From NCBI GenBank assembly GCA_016186825.1, contig JACPKW010000005.1, positions 66,025 to 130,024 on the forward strand: a stretch of DNA of 64,000 nucleotides, written 5' to 3'. The notes under the pieces were generated by a model, which had not been told where the DNA came from, did no database searches, and worked only from the letters and a program-made list of their open reading frames with translations. Of the stretch, positions 18,673-26,922 are shown piece after piece; the stretch's first letter is position 1, and each line of letters begins with the position of its first letter. Source of the DNA: Candidatus Giovannonibacteria bacterium. GTDB lineage: Bacteria > Patescibacteriota > Minisyncoccia > JACPKW01 > UBA11713. The translations under genes were made by a program, and so were the position numbers.

Positions 18673-18873
18673 TTACAGCAATTCACTCGGTTTGACCCCA
18701 AGTGCTTTGGCCAATTTTTCAATATTTTTTAAAGCCATATTTCTGACCCCGCGCTCAATGCCGGAAATATAGGTTGGATGCACACCTAAAATCTTCGCGA
18801 GGTCTCCTTGCGACATCTTCTTCTGTAGACGCAACTCTTTTACTTTTTTGCCAAACTTAACGGAAATATCCAT
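18673..18873 (-). CDS. XRE-family (Cro/CI-type) HTH transcriptional regulator, first gene of the operon
   Basis: LRLQKKMSQGDLAKILGVHPTYISGIERG is a canonical XRE HTH. 66 aa. Its stop lies 6 bp from the SNF2 start. Confidence 0.85.
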   Translation of the reverse strand: MDISVKFGKKVKELRLQKKMSQGDLAKILGVHPTYISGIERGVRNMALKNIEKLAKALGVKPSELL

Positions 18874-18906
18874 AGTTTTTCCACTTTATCACATATTGCA
18901 ATATTT

Positions 18907-18932
18907 TTCTATATAGAATAATATTTCTATAT
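18907..18932. promoter_or_regulatory. Candidate operator/promoter of the XRE-SNF2-DUF2779 operon
   Basis: Perfect 12-bp palindrome TTCTATATAGAA followed by a direct repeat ATTTCTATAT, 35-60 bp upstream of the XRE start. Confidence 0.35.
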
Positions 18933-19009
18933 GAGTATCAATGGGAGTTCCAAAAACTTGTCCGCGCACTGGGAGGGTGGGGCAAGGACAAGAAAAGAAA
19001 TAAACGCCA

Positions 19010-19265
19010 CCGCCAACCGTGAGGACGGCTCGGCAGGAGGGGGTTGGGGGGAGGAATGCCGAGCCGTCCGAGCGAATAGAAAAGAGGCCAGCCCCGCCGC
19101 CTGCTCTGTTAGGAGCAGAAGCCAGCCAAAAAGTTTCGCAAAATCAGAAATGCAGAGAAAACTTTTTTGCTGGCTGGCGAGCGTTAGCGAGCGGCGGCGG
19201 GGCGGCTTCATTCGTCGGAGGTTTCCTGAAAATGCGTTCGGATTTCGTTCAGGGTATGGAGCCAA
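19010..19265. repeat. Right terminal inverted repeat of the cassette (copy of 13441-13660 with an ~85-nt insertion)
   Basis: Reverse-complement identity to the left TIR over about 200 nt. Ends in GGAGCCA. Confidence 0.8.
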
Positions 19266-19332
19266 ATTGTATGATACGAGTTCACCGCCTCGGGGCTTCG
19301 CCCCTCGGCGGGCACATCAGCAAGAATTTTCC
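19258..19332. repeat. 75-bp inverted repeat, left copy (GGAGCCAAATTGTATGATACGAG...CAGCAAGAATTTT), flanking the recombinase gene
   Basis: Identical in reverse complement to 20878-20952. Confidence 0.85.
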
Positions 19333-19479
19333 ACGACTTTTTGGGTTCAAAGCAAATCGCTTGCGAGCGCAAAACGTGGTTCGCCGCGCAAAGCGCGGAG
19401 TAAATGGAAATTTACAGCCAATTCTTTTTCTTCCGCCTTCGGCGGAAAGCAAAGCGATAATTTTTAGCCCAAAAGCGAT

Positions 19480-21000
19480 ATGAAATACTTTTTATACATC
19501 AGAAAATCAACGGACGAGGACGACAGACAAGTTTTGTCGCTGGAAGCGCAGGAAACGGAATTGAAAGAATTTGCCTTGCGGGAAAATCTTTTGATCGCCG
19601 CGACTTTCCGCGAATCGCAGACCGCCAAAGAGCCGGGCAGACCGATTTTTAACGATATGCTCAAACGAATGGAGCGCGGCGAGGCCGAGGGGATTTTAGC
19701 GTGGCATCCAGACCGATTGGCGAGAAACAGCATAGACGGCGGACGGATTATTTTCTTGGTAGACACTGAAAAAATCAGATCGCTAAAATCCCCGACATTT
19801 TGGTTTGAGCCGACCCCGCAAGGCAAATTCATGCTCAATATCGCTTTTGGGCAATCCAAATACTTTGTGGATAATCTTTCAGTGAATACCAAAAGAGGGT
19901 TGCGTCAAAAATTGCGCCGAGGCGAATTGCCCGGCTATGCGCCGCTTGGCTATTTGAACGACTTGCTAAAACACACAATCTACAAAGACCCCGAACGTTT
20001 TCGCCTCGTCCGCAAACTTTTTGAACTTTACGCAACCGGAAATTATTCTCTGAAAGATTTGCGGAAGTTGATAACTTCCGCCGGCTTGTTGAGCCGCAAA
20101 GGAAATATGCTTTCCGTCTCCAATATCCAAAATATACTCTCTACTTCATTTTATTATGGCGTATTCAAATACAATGGCGAACTCTACGACGGAAAGCATG
20201 AGCCAATGATTGCAAAGAAACTTTTTGAAGCGTGCCAAAAAGTGATGGCGGATCGTTCGCGCCCGAAAAAGCCGAGCCAAAAGGAATATCCGTTTAGAAA
20301 CTTGCTCAAGTGCGGCGAGTGCGGGTGCGCTATCACTTCCGAAACGCAAAAAGGACATAACTACTACCGCTGTACCAAAAAGAAAGACAAGCAATGTTCG
20401 CAAAAATATATCCGCGAGGAAGTTTTGGCACGCCAGATTTCGGACGAGATTCAAAAAGTTTCTTTGCCTCCCGCTTGGGCGGAGTGGATGTTAGCAGAAC
20501 TCAACAAGGAAGAAGCAGAAGCCGCCCAAGCGGGCGCCGTTTTCGCTCAAAATCTCAAAAACAAAATAAAAGAGCTTGAAGGAAAGCTCGACCTGCTTTT
20601 AGATGCACATTTAGCCAGCACTATTTCGCGCGAGGAATACACCGCCAAAAAAGAGAAATTGATAATTGAAAAGGCCGAGCTTTCCGAAAAATTGAAGGAT
20701 TTTGAGCGAAACGGCAATCATTGGCTCGAACCGGCCCGGCAATTCATTTTAGCGGCTCAACAAGCCAAAATTATCGCTTTGCAAGAAAATCCCGTCACGG
20801 GACGGGATTTTCTAAAAAGAATTGGCTCGAACCACGTTTTGCGCTCGCAAGCGATTTGCTTTGAACCCAAAAAGTCGTGGAAAATTCTTGCTGATGTGCC
20901 CGCCGAGGGGCGAAGCCCCGAGGCGGTGAACTCGTATCATACAATTTGGCTCCCCGGGCAGGATTCGAACCTGCGACCCACTCCTTACACTTATCCCTAA
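19480..21000 (+). CDS. Large serine recombinase (resolvase/invertase catalytic domain, recombinase domain, zinc ribbon and coiled-coil). The last ~40 codons read through the right IR and the tRNA 3' exon.
   Basis: YIRKSTDEDDRQ catalytic Ser motif. CGECGCAITSETQKGHNYYRC zinc ribbon. The ORF end overlaps 20878-20952 and tRNA 20947-20987. Confidence 0.85.
   Translation: MKYFLYIRKSTDEDDRQVLSLEAQETELKEFALRENLLIAATFRESQTAKEPGRPIFNDMLKRMERGEAEGILAWHPDRLARNSIDGGRIIFLVDTEKIRSLKSPTFWFEPTPQGKFMLNIAFGQSKYFVDNLSVNTKRGLRQKLRRGELPGYAPLGYLNDLLKHTIYKDPERFRLVRKLFELYATGNYSLKDLRKLITSAGLLSRKGNMLSVSNIQNILSTSFYYGVFKYNGELYDGKHEPMIAKKLFEACQKVMADRSRPKKPSQKEYPFRNLLKCGECGCAITSETQKGHNYYRCTKKKDKQCSQKYIREEVLARQISDEIQKVSLPPAWAEWMLAELNKEEAEAAQAGAVFAQNLKNKIKELEGKLDLLLDAHLASTISREEYTAKKEKLIIEKAELSEKLKDFERNGNHWLEPARQFILAAQQAKIIALQENPVTGRDFLKRIGSNHVLRSQAICFEPKKSWKILADVPAEGRSPEAVNSYHTIWLPGQDSNLRPTPYTYP
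20878..20952. repeat. 75-bp inverted repeat, right copy. It overlaps the 3' end of the intron-containing tRNA.
   Basis: Reverse complement of 19258-19332. Confidence 0.85.
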
Positions 21001-21271
21001 GTTTCCTTGGGGGGTGGACTATATCATCATCCCTGTTTTTGGATGCGAGGCGCTTCGACCGTCGCTTGTGACGGGCTACTCTCTTTCGAGATAGTCTCTG
21101 AACCTTCCTTCATCTTGCTTCGCAATCCGAAGCTTTAGCGAAAGATTGGCTGCGGATTACCTTAGAAAAATTCTTTAGGCTTCCCGCAATTCACCTCGTT
21201 TTTCAACCGGAATTACTTCCGGAAGCTGCCATTTTTGACAGGGAGTCGCTCTACCGCTGAGCTACCGGGGA
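20947..21271 (-). tRNA. tRNA, best read as Asn(GUU), interrupted by a ~250-nt group I-like intron in the anticodon loop. Exons 21238-21271 and 20947-20987; intron 20988-21237; CCA encoded. Asp(GUC) is the alternative if the boundaries are shifted.
   Basis: 5' exon TCCCCGGTAGCTCAGCGGTAGAGCGACTCCCTGT. 3' exon TAAGGAGTGGGTCGCAGGTTCGAATCCTGCCCGGGGAGCCA, giving a perfect cloverleaf. The intron follows a U and ends in G, and contains P7-like CAGAGACTA ... ATATAGTCC elements. Confidence 0.65.
20988..21237 (-). other. Putative group I self-splicing intron within the tRNA anticodon loop (no ORF)
   Basis: Lies between anticodon positions 35 and 36. Contains GACUA/UAGUC P7-like motifs. Boundaries are a 5' U and a terminal G. 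Confidence 0.5.
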
Positions 21272-21389
21272 ATATCTGCTGATATTATAACTTTCTGATT
21301 CCGTTTTCAACATTTCAGCTCAAAATTGCTCTGAAATTTGCTTTCATATAGAATAAAAAGATAAAAAATTAGCTCTGTTAAACGCATAT

Positions 21390-22745
21390 ATGAAAGTCCT
21401 ACTTCTTAATATTGAAGCTCGGTCCGATAAAAAATGTATAAATAAAGACCTCGCAGGCGGAATGGGGACGGGAACATGGATTGGAAATTCGCTTCGAGCG
21501 CGCATTTTTGAGAAAACAAAAAAATCTAATGTCGTTTTGCCTGTAATAACTTCGCCTTATCTCGCGGCAATTTTTAAGAAAGGAGGCTGGGAAGTTAAAG
21601 TTCTTCATATCGGCAAGGGCACTGACGTGCCCGACAAAAAGGCGGATTTGGCGCTCGTACCGACTTCGATCGTTGACTGCACTCACGAAAAAGAAATCGC
21701 TCGAATATTGAAAGACCGCGGAATTTGCACGGGCGTATACGGAACATTCGCAACGACCGTCCCCGAATTTTTCAAAAACGATTCAAATTTTGTCATGCAG
21801 GGAGAGCCTGAAGCAGTCGCGATGCAAATTATCGCGAGCGGGAAACTTCCGGAAGGAAACATCTTTGCTCCTCCAGTTGAAAATCCGGATGTTCTCCCCT
21901 TTCCGGACTGGGACCAATTTCCAGTCGAAAAATATTCATATTCGCCTGCACTGAACAAGCGTCCCGTCCTTACGATGCTCGCCTCGCGGGGATGCCCCTA
22001 CAGCTGCTTTTTTTATTGCCCTTACCCGATCAACGCTGGAAGAAAATGGCGCATGCGTTCCGTTGGGAACGTTATTGATGAGATGGTTTATTTAAAAGAG
22101 AGGTACGGCATTAAGGCCGTCGATTTTCGAGACGCAAATTTTTCAGTCGACATGAAAAGGGCGGCAGAATTTTCCGAGAGGCTGCGCGAAAAAAATCTCG
22201 GGGTGATTTGGTCCGCTGAAACACGGATTGATCGCCTGGACAAGCCGCTGATCGATAAAATGTATGAAGCGGGACTCCGTCACTTTAACTTCGGAATTGA
22301 GTCTTCAGATGTGGGAGTTTTGAAAAGCTCCAATCGCATGCCTGTAGAATATCGGCACCAGGAAGATATCCTAGCTTACTGCAGAAAAAAAGGGATTACT
22401 GTCGCGGCTTTTTATATTCTTGGGCTTGAAAGTGACACTGTTGAAAGCTTCAAAGAAACAGTAAGCTATGCGAAAAAACTTAATACGCTTGTTGCGCAGT
22501 TTTCGATCTCAACGCCTTATCCCGGAACACAGTTTTACCAAAAAATGAAGGAAGAAAACCGGATCATTTCTAAAAACTGGGAAGATTACGATGAATACAC
22601 TCCGACATTCAAGCACGCGCATCTATCAGCAGACGAATTATTAAGCTTGAAGGAATACGCCTTTACGTCATACTATTTCCGCCCGGGATATCTTTTAAAG
22701 TACATGCCTAAGTATTTTTTTGAAAAATATTTGTGGCGATTTTGA
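21390..22745 (+). CDS. B12-binding-domain/radical SAM domain protein
   Basis: N-terminal B12-binding-like region, then LASRGCPYSCFFYCPYP Cys cluster. About 450 aa, typical of class B radical SAM enzymes. Confidence 0.65.
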   Translation: MKVLLLNIEARSDKKCINKDLAGGMGTGTWIGNSLRARIFEKTKKSNVVLPVITSPYLAAIFKKGGWEVKVLHIGKGTDVPDKKADLALVPTSIVDCTHEKEIARILKDRGICTGVYGTFATTVPEFFKNDSNFVMQGEPEAVAMQIIASGKLPEGNIFAPPVENPDVLPFPDWDQFPVEKYSYSPALNKRPVLTMLASRGCPYSCFFYCPYPINAGRKWRMRSVGNVIDEMVYLKERYGIKAVDFRDANFSVDMKRAAEFSERLREKNLGVIWSAETRIDRLDKPLIDKMYEAGLRHFNFGIESSDVGVLKSSNRMPVEYRHQEDILAYCRKKGITVAAFYILGLESDTVESFKETVSYAKKLNTLVAQFSISTPYPGTQFYQKMKEENRIISKNWEDYDEYTPTFKHAHLSADELLSLKEYAFTSYYFRPGYLLKYMPKYFFEKYLWRF

Positions 22746-23548
22746 TCACCGGAGAACGGGGATTCATCGGATCGCACCTCGTCCAGTATCTTCAAAAACT
22801 GGATTTTGAAATTGTTTTCTTTAATAGAGACATTTCGGACAGAAAAAATTTTGAAACATTTGAAACGGATAAAAAAATTTCTGCCGTAATTCACTTGGCA
22901 GCAGCCGTAAACAAGAGAAGCTCCGAAGCTTTCAAAAAAACCAACGTTGAAGGAACAAAAAATATCATTGAGTTATGCAAGCACATTCAGGCCGAACGCC
23001 TGATTTTTTTATCAAGCATCCGCGCGCTTTCATCGAGAAGCGATCCTTACATTGACTCAAAAAAAGAAGCGGAAAAGATTATTAGAGATTCGGGCCTGCC
23101 GCATATAATTCTCCGCCCGAGCATCGTTTATGGTCCGGGTGATAAGAAAAATCTAACTTTATTAGTCAAAAGACTAAAACAGCTGCCATTCTGGCCGGTT
23201 TTTAAATTTCGCATGCAGCCGCTCTACATTGGCGACTTGGTTCAAGTGATCCACAAAAGTCTCGACTTGCCCCCAAACTCAATCCTAAAAATAACCGGAA
23301 AGGAAGTTATAAGTTATACAGATCTGCTTGATTATATGGCAGAACTTGGTTATAAACGCGCAAGAATTAACTCTCCGAGTTTTTTTAATTTTTTAATTAA
23401 GGCTATGTCGCGCCTGCCATTTTCCCCTTTCCCCCGCTGGCAGGTGGAAACGCTTTTTGCCGATGAAATTTATGAAGGCGACCAGTGGTCCGAAAAATTT
23501 AATATAAAACCTACCCTTTTTTGCGAGGGAATAAGGCAAATTGTTTAA
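22733..23548 (+). CDS. NAD-dependent epimerase/dehydratase (SDR family)
   Basis: MAILITGERGFIGSHLVQYL Rossmann GxxGxxG motif. Overlaps the upstream gene by 13 nt. Confidence 0.75.
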   Translation: MAILITGERGFIGSHLVQYLQKLDFEIVFFNRDISDRKNFETFETDKKISAVIHLAAAVNKRSSEAFKKTNVEGTKNIIELCKHIQAERLIFLSSIRALSSRSDPYIDSKKEAEKIIRDSGLPHIILRPSIVYGPGDKKNLTLLVKRLKQLPFWPVFKFRMQPLYIGDLVQVIHKSLDLPPNSILKITGKEVISYTDLLDYMAELGYKRARINSPSFFNFLIKAMSRLPFSPFPRWQVETLFADEIYEGDQWSEKFNIKPTLFCEGIRQIV

Positions 23549-23568
23549 GCCGACGCGCGCAAAGCAGA

Positions 23569-24414
23569 TTAAATTCCGAGCCCCATTTCTTCAACAAATT
23601 CATTTATCGCTTCCACTGGGATTGCATAGCTTACGCTGTCGCCAATCGTAGTCGCAACATTTATCCCAATCGCCTCGCCCGCTTTGTTCAAAAGCGGCCC
23701 ACCCGAATCGCCCGGATAAAGTTTTGCAGAGGTCTGAATCAGCCCCTCCATTCTTTCAAGATCAAATTCGTTTGTAATATAAATCTCACGGTTTAAATTC
23801 AAAATTTTCCCGTTTGAAACTGAATCTAAATATTTTCCGAGAGCGTTGCCAATTCCGAGAACATCTACACCCACATTCGTTTTCGAGGAATGCGCCAATT
23901 TAATTGTTGGAAAATCTCCCCGATGTTTTTCGCTAATTTTTAATATCGCGAGATCATGATTTTTGTCTTTGTAAATTACTAGCGCAGGAAGCTCGCGCTC
24001 GCCGGTGTTTACTCTATATTCCGCGAGAGGATCGTCAACAACATGCTTATTGGTAATTATGTAGCCGTCACTGGAAATAAAAAATCCTGAACCTGAAGAA
24101 ATTTTCTGTCGCACGGGAATTTCTCCGGTTATGCTGATTGTATAAAATTGTCCGCCTCTGATATGGTAAACCGATCTTTCGACATTCCGATAGGCGCTGA
24201 TCAAGATCACCGCGGGTGCTGCCTCGGCGATAATGTCATTTGACGATTTGCTAGATTTAAGTTTATTATCAACGCCAAGATTTTCAACTCTTCCTTGAAT
24301 TGTCTGGTGAAAATAAAAAGCTGCTTTCGCAATGTTTTCTGTGTCTGCAAGTTGGAATAATAAACCGAAAAATAGCGCAAATGTGAGAACTTTCCTTATA
24401 GATCCCATATCCAC
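23569..24414 (-). CDS. Secreted trypsin-like serine protease (S1 family, HtrA-like protease domain without PDZ)
   Basis: Signal peptide present. Catalytic HVVDD and GDSGGPLLN motifs. Confidence 0.8.
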   Translation of the reverse strand: MDMGSIRKVLTFALFFGLLFQLADTENIAKAAFYFHQTIQGRVENLGVDNKLKSSKSSNDIIAEAAPAVILISAYRNVERSVYHIRGGQFYTISITGEIPVRQKISSGSGFFISSDGYIITNKHVVDDPLAEYRVNTGERELPALVIYKDKNHDLAILKISEKHRGDFPTIKLAHSSKTNVGVDVLGIGNALGKYLDSVSNGKILNLNREIYITNEFDLERMEGLIQTSAKLYPGDSGGPLLNKAGEAIGINVATTIGDSVSYAIPVEAINEFVEEMGLGI

Positions 24415-24560
24415 GTATATATTGATACACCTTAATGGCTAAAAAGTTTCCAAAGCCTCAAATTTGAGAACGGTATATAATGAAGTCGCAAGCTCATGCA
24501 AGCTTGGAGGGAAGATGATCGCAGATGGCGACATTTCTCATTATTGGGCTGTTATAAAAT

Positions 24561-24764
24561 TTGAACTTAATTATGCTTAAGGGCGAAGAAAAAATCGGAG
24601 GGCACCGCGATCCGGTCTGCGGCATGCAAGTTGATCCGGAAAAAACAAAATTTTCCGCCAAGCAAGGCGATGAAATTTGCTATTTTTGCTCGGAATACTG
24701 CTACAAAAGATTTCTCGCGGAGCCCGAGAAATTTACAGCTGAAGCAGAAAAGGAAGAAGAATAG
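24561..24764 (+). CDS. YHS/TRASH-domain metal-binding protein
   Basis: DPVCGMQVD motif typical of YHS domains. 67 aa. Confidence 0.6.
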   Translation: MNLIMLKGEEKIGGHRDPVCGMQVDPEKTKFSAKQGDEICYFCSEYCYKRFLAEPEKFTAEAEKEEE

Positions 24765-24857
24765 CGAGAAATCGCTCAAACTTATCTAGAAACTCAAAGT
24801 TAAAAACTCCGCTTATAAATGGAAAGGTCGTCTTATATGTATTTTAAATAAGATCTT

Positions 24858-25079
24858 ATGACAAAGTTCTCGATAACTTGCACCTGCGGCGATCCCCTCT
24901 CTGTAGAGGCGGCAAACCGTGAGGAAGCGGTGATAAAAATGAAAAATATGATGACGCAGGATGCGATCGATAAGCATTTTGAAGAAAAACACCCCGAGGA
25001 AGTTCCTCCGGACAAAAATACGCTGCATGCGATGATCGAAAGGGATTTGGATTTGGCAAAAGAAAAGCTTGCAGGGTAA
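24858..25079 (+). CDS. Small DUF1059-like protein (73 aa)
   Basis: ITCTCGDPLSVEAANREEAVIKMKNMMTQDAIDKH resembles the DUF1059 small metal-binding family. Confidence 0.4.
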   Translation: MTKFSITCTCGDPLSVEAANREEAVIKMKNMMTQDAIDKHFEEKHPEEVPPDKNTLHAMIERDLDLAKEKLAG

Positions 25080-25120
25080 AAATTGTAAGAAATCCAGCCG
25101 AGAGGCGTTACTAAATTAAT

Positions 25121-26824
25121 ATGACAATAGAGAAAGCCGAACAGAACTTCGTTGTTTTTATTTACGGCTCGATTATCCTTTTTGCACTTTTGACCTCCCA
25201 TCCGGCTGAAGCAGAAGCCAACCTTATCCTAAATCCGGGGTTCGAGAATACAGGAGCAAATGGGCTGCCCGTCGATTGGGCAAAGGGGAACTACGGAACA
25301 AATAGCGCACTTTTCGATTATCCCGTCGCAGGCGTGGGAGACTCTAAAGCCGCTCGGGTCAGAGTTTCAGCTTATACGTCCGGCGATGCCAAATGGGCGT
25401 TTAAAGACGTCGCGGTCATCCCCGGAAAAGAGTACGAATTTTCTTCAACATATAGTTCTGATATAGGAAGCTATATCACCGTCCAATTTAGAAAATCGGA
25501 CGGTTCGCTTTCTTGGACGGATATTGCAAACCCAAGCGCATCAGCAGAATTTACAACCCTGACAGCGAGGTTTGTTGTACCTGCAAATGTTCAGTCTGTC
25601 ACAGTTTTTCATTTGATAAAAAATGTCGGGAGCCTCACGACGGATAATCTTTCTTTAACAGAAGTTTCCGCGCCTCCGCCGCCGCCAAGCGATCCGGCTA
25701 ATTTGATCCAGAATCCGTCTCTCGAGACAGCGAACGCCTCCGGCCTCCCTGCAAATTGGCTTACCGGAAGATTCGGATCAAACACAGCTTCGTTTATCTA
25801 TCCCGTAGCAGGGTCGGCGAGCGCACGCGCCGCCCGGGTTTCGATCAGTAATTATGTTTCGGGGGATGCCAAATGGTACTTTTCTGAAATTTCCGTCGCG
25901 TCGGGGGAATCATATTCTTTTTCGGACGAGTTTAAATCAAATTCCAAAAGTTATATTACTGCGCAATTCCGGAATTCAGACGGCAATTTTTCCTACCTAG
26001 ATATAGGGACAGTAAACGCAGCTTCTAACTGGCAGAGATTTGAAACATTTTTCACTATTCCCGCCGGCGTTACGCAGCTGACAATTTTTCATCTCATTAA
26101 ATCGGACGGAATACTTGAGGTGGATAATTATTCCCTGAAAAAAACATTTTTCGACCCGACGCATTTCGACAAAGGATATATTTCCCTCAATTTCGACGAC
26201 GGGTGGCTTTCGACATTTCAAAACGCGATCCCAATTCTTGACTCGGCTGGATTCAAAAGCACTCAATTTATTGTAACCGGCAGGATGAATCCGCAATTTC
26301 CCGCGTATGTCCAGCCCGATCAAGTTTTGCAAATGCAGTCGAGCGGGCATGAAATAGGAGCGCACGGCCGCACACATGATTCGCTGACTCTAATGTCTCC
26401 CGCCGAGGCCGAACAACAAATTGCGGGCTCGCGCAGCGACTTGCTTCAAATTGGCGTAACCCCGGCAAATTTTTTCTCATATCCTTTCGGTGATTATAAT
26501 GATGCCGTCAAGCAGATAGTCCGAGACGCAGGATTTAAAGGAGCGCGGTCTTCCGACGGAGGCATGAATTTAAAAAATTCCGATCCTTACGCGCTTAAAA
26601 GACAATCGGTAACTTCCGCCACCACGCTGGGGCAGATGGAAAGCTATGTCTCCGAAGCGATATCTCAAAAGGCGTGGTCCATTATTGTTTTCCACGAAAT
26701 TAACGACAGCAGGCGCCAATACAGCACGAGCCCCGCGATTTTCAGCCAATTTGTGGATTACTTAAAACAGAATAATATTACCCCGATCACGATGGACCAG
26801 GGTTTTTCGCTTATAAATAACTGA
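25121..26824 (+). CDS. Secreted polysaccharide deacetylase (NodB homology domain) with two N-terminal tandem CBM-like ~190-aa repeats
   Basis: Repeats beginning NLILNPGFENTGANGLP and NLIQNPSLETANASGLP. NodB motif ISLNFDDGW followed by His-rich motifs. Confidence 0.75.
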   Translation: MTIEKAEQNFVVFIYGSIILFALLTSHPAEAEANLILNPGFENTGANGLPVDWAKGNYGTNSALFDYPVAGVGDSKAARVRVSAYTSGDAKWAFKDVAVIPGKEYEFSSTYSSDIGSYITVQFRKSDGSLSWTDIANPSASAEFTTLTARFVVPANVQSVTVFHLIKNVGSLTTDNLSLTEVSAPPPPPSDPANLIQNPSLETANASGLPANWLTGRFGSNTASFIYPVAGSASARAARVSISNYVSGDAKWYFSEISVASGESYSFSDEFKSNSKSYITAQFRNSDGNFSYLDIGTVNAASNWQRFETFFTIPAGVTQLTIFHLIKSDGILEVDNYSLKKTFFDPTHFDKGYISLNFDDGWLSTFQNAIPILDSAGFKSTQFIVTGRMNPQFPAYVQPDQVLQMQSSGHEIGAHGRTHDSLTLMSPAEAEQQIAGSRSDLLQIGVTPANFFSYPFGDYNDAVKQIVRDAGFKGARSSDGGMNLKNSDPYALKRQSVTSATTLGQMESYVSEAISQKAWSIIVFHEINDSRRQYSTSPAIFSQFVDYLKQNNITPITMDQGFSLINN

Positions 26825-26922
26825 TGAAAACAATAAAACCGCCGCAAGGTTATAGTAATTAAATGTTATAAAAAAACTATTATCAGCATGTAAGATAGAA
26901 AAAATATCTGCGTCATAAAAAC

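Larger units (their letters stand above)
13441..19265. mobile_element. TIR-bounded, apparently non-autonomous cargo element (~5.8 kb) carrying XRE-SNF2-DUF2779
   Basis: About 200-bp inverted terminal repeats with TGGCTCC...GGAGCCA tips. No transposase inside. A serine recombinase lies immediately outside the right end. Confidence 0.6.
19258..20952. mobile_element. IS-like unit: large serine recombinase gene bracketed by 75-bp perfect inverted repeats, abutting the tRNA 3' end
   Basis: Perfect inverted repeats at both ends. Each terminus is the 7-nt tRNA 3'-end sequence GGAGCCA. Confidence 0.6.

Noticed and set aside
18927-19483. Track ORFs 18927..19265, 18931..19467, 19019..19483
   Set aside because: Same reason. 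They are translations of the right TIR and the 75-bp IR. The N-terminus MAPYPERNPNAFSGNLRRMKPPRRR duplicates the left-TIR ORF exactly, as expected for repeated DNA rather than a gene.
20947-21271. Alternative reading as tRNA-Asp(GUC) with a canonical 37/38 protein-spliced (BHB) intron
   Set aside because: The intervening sequence has group I P7-like elements. Splice sites obey the U/G group I rule only with the Asn(GUU) boundaries. BHB introns are archaeal or eukaryal. The U1-A72 and G73 features also favour Asn. This remains to be confirmed computationally.
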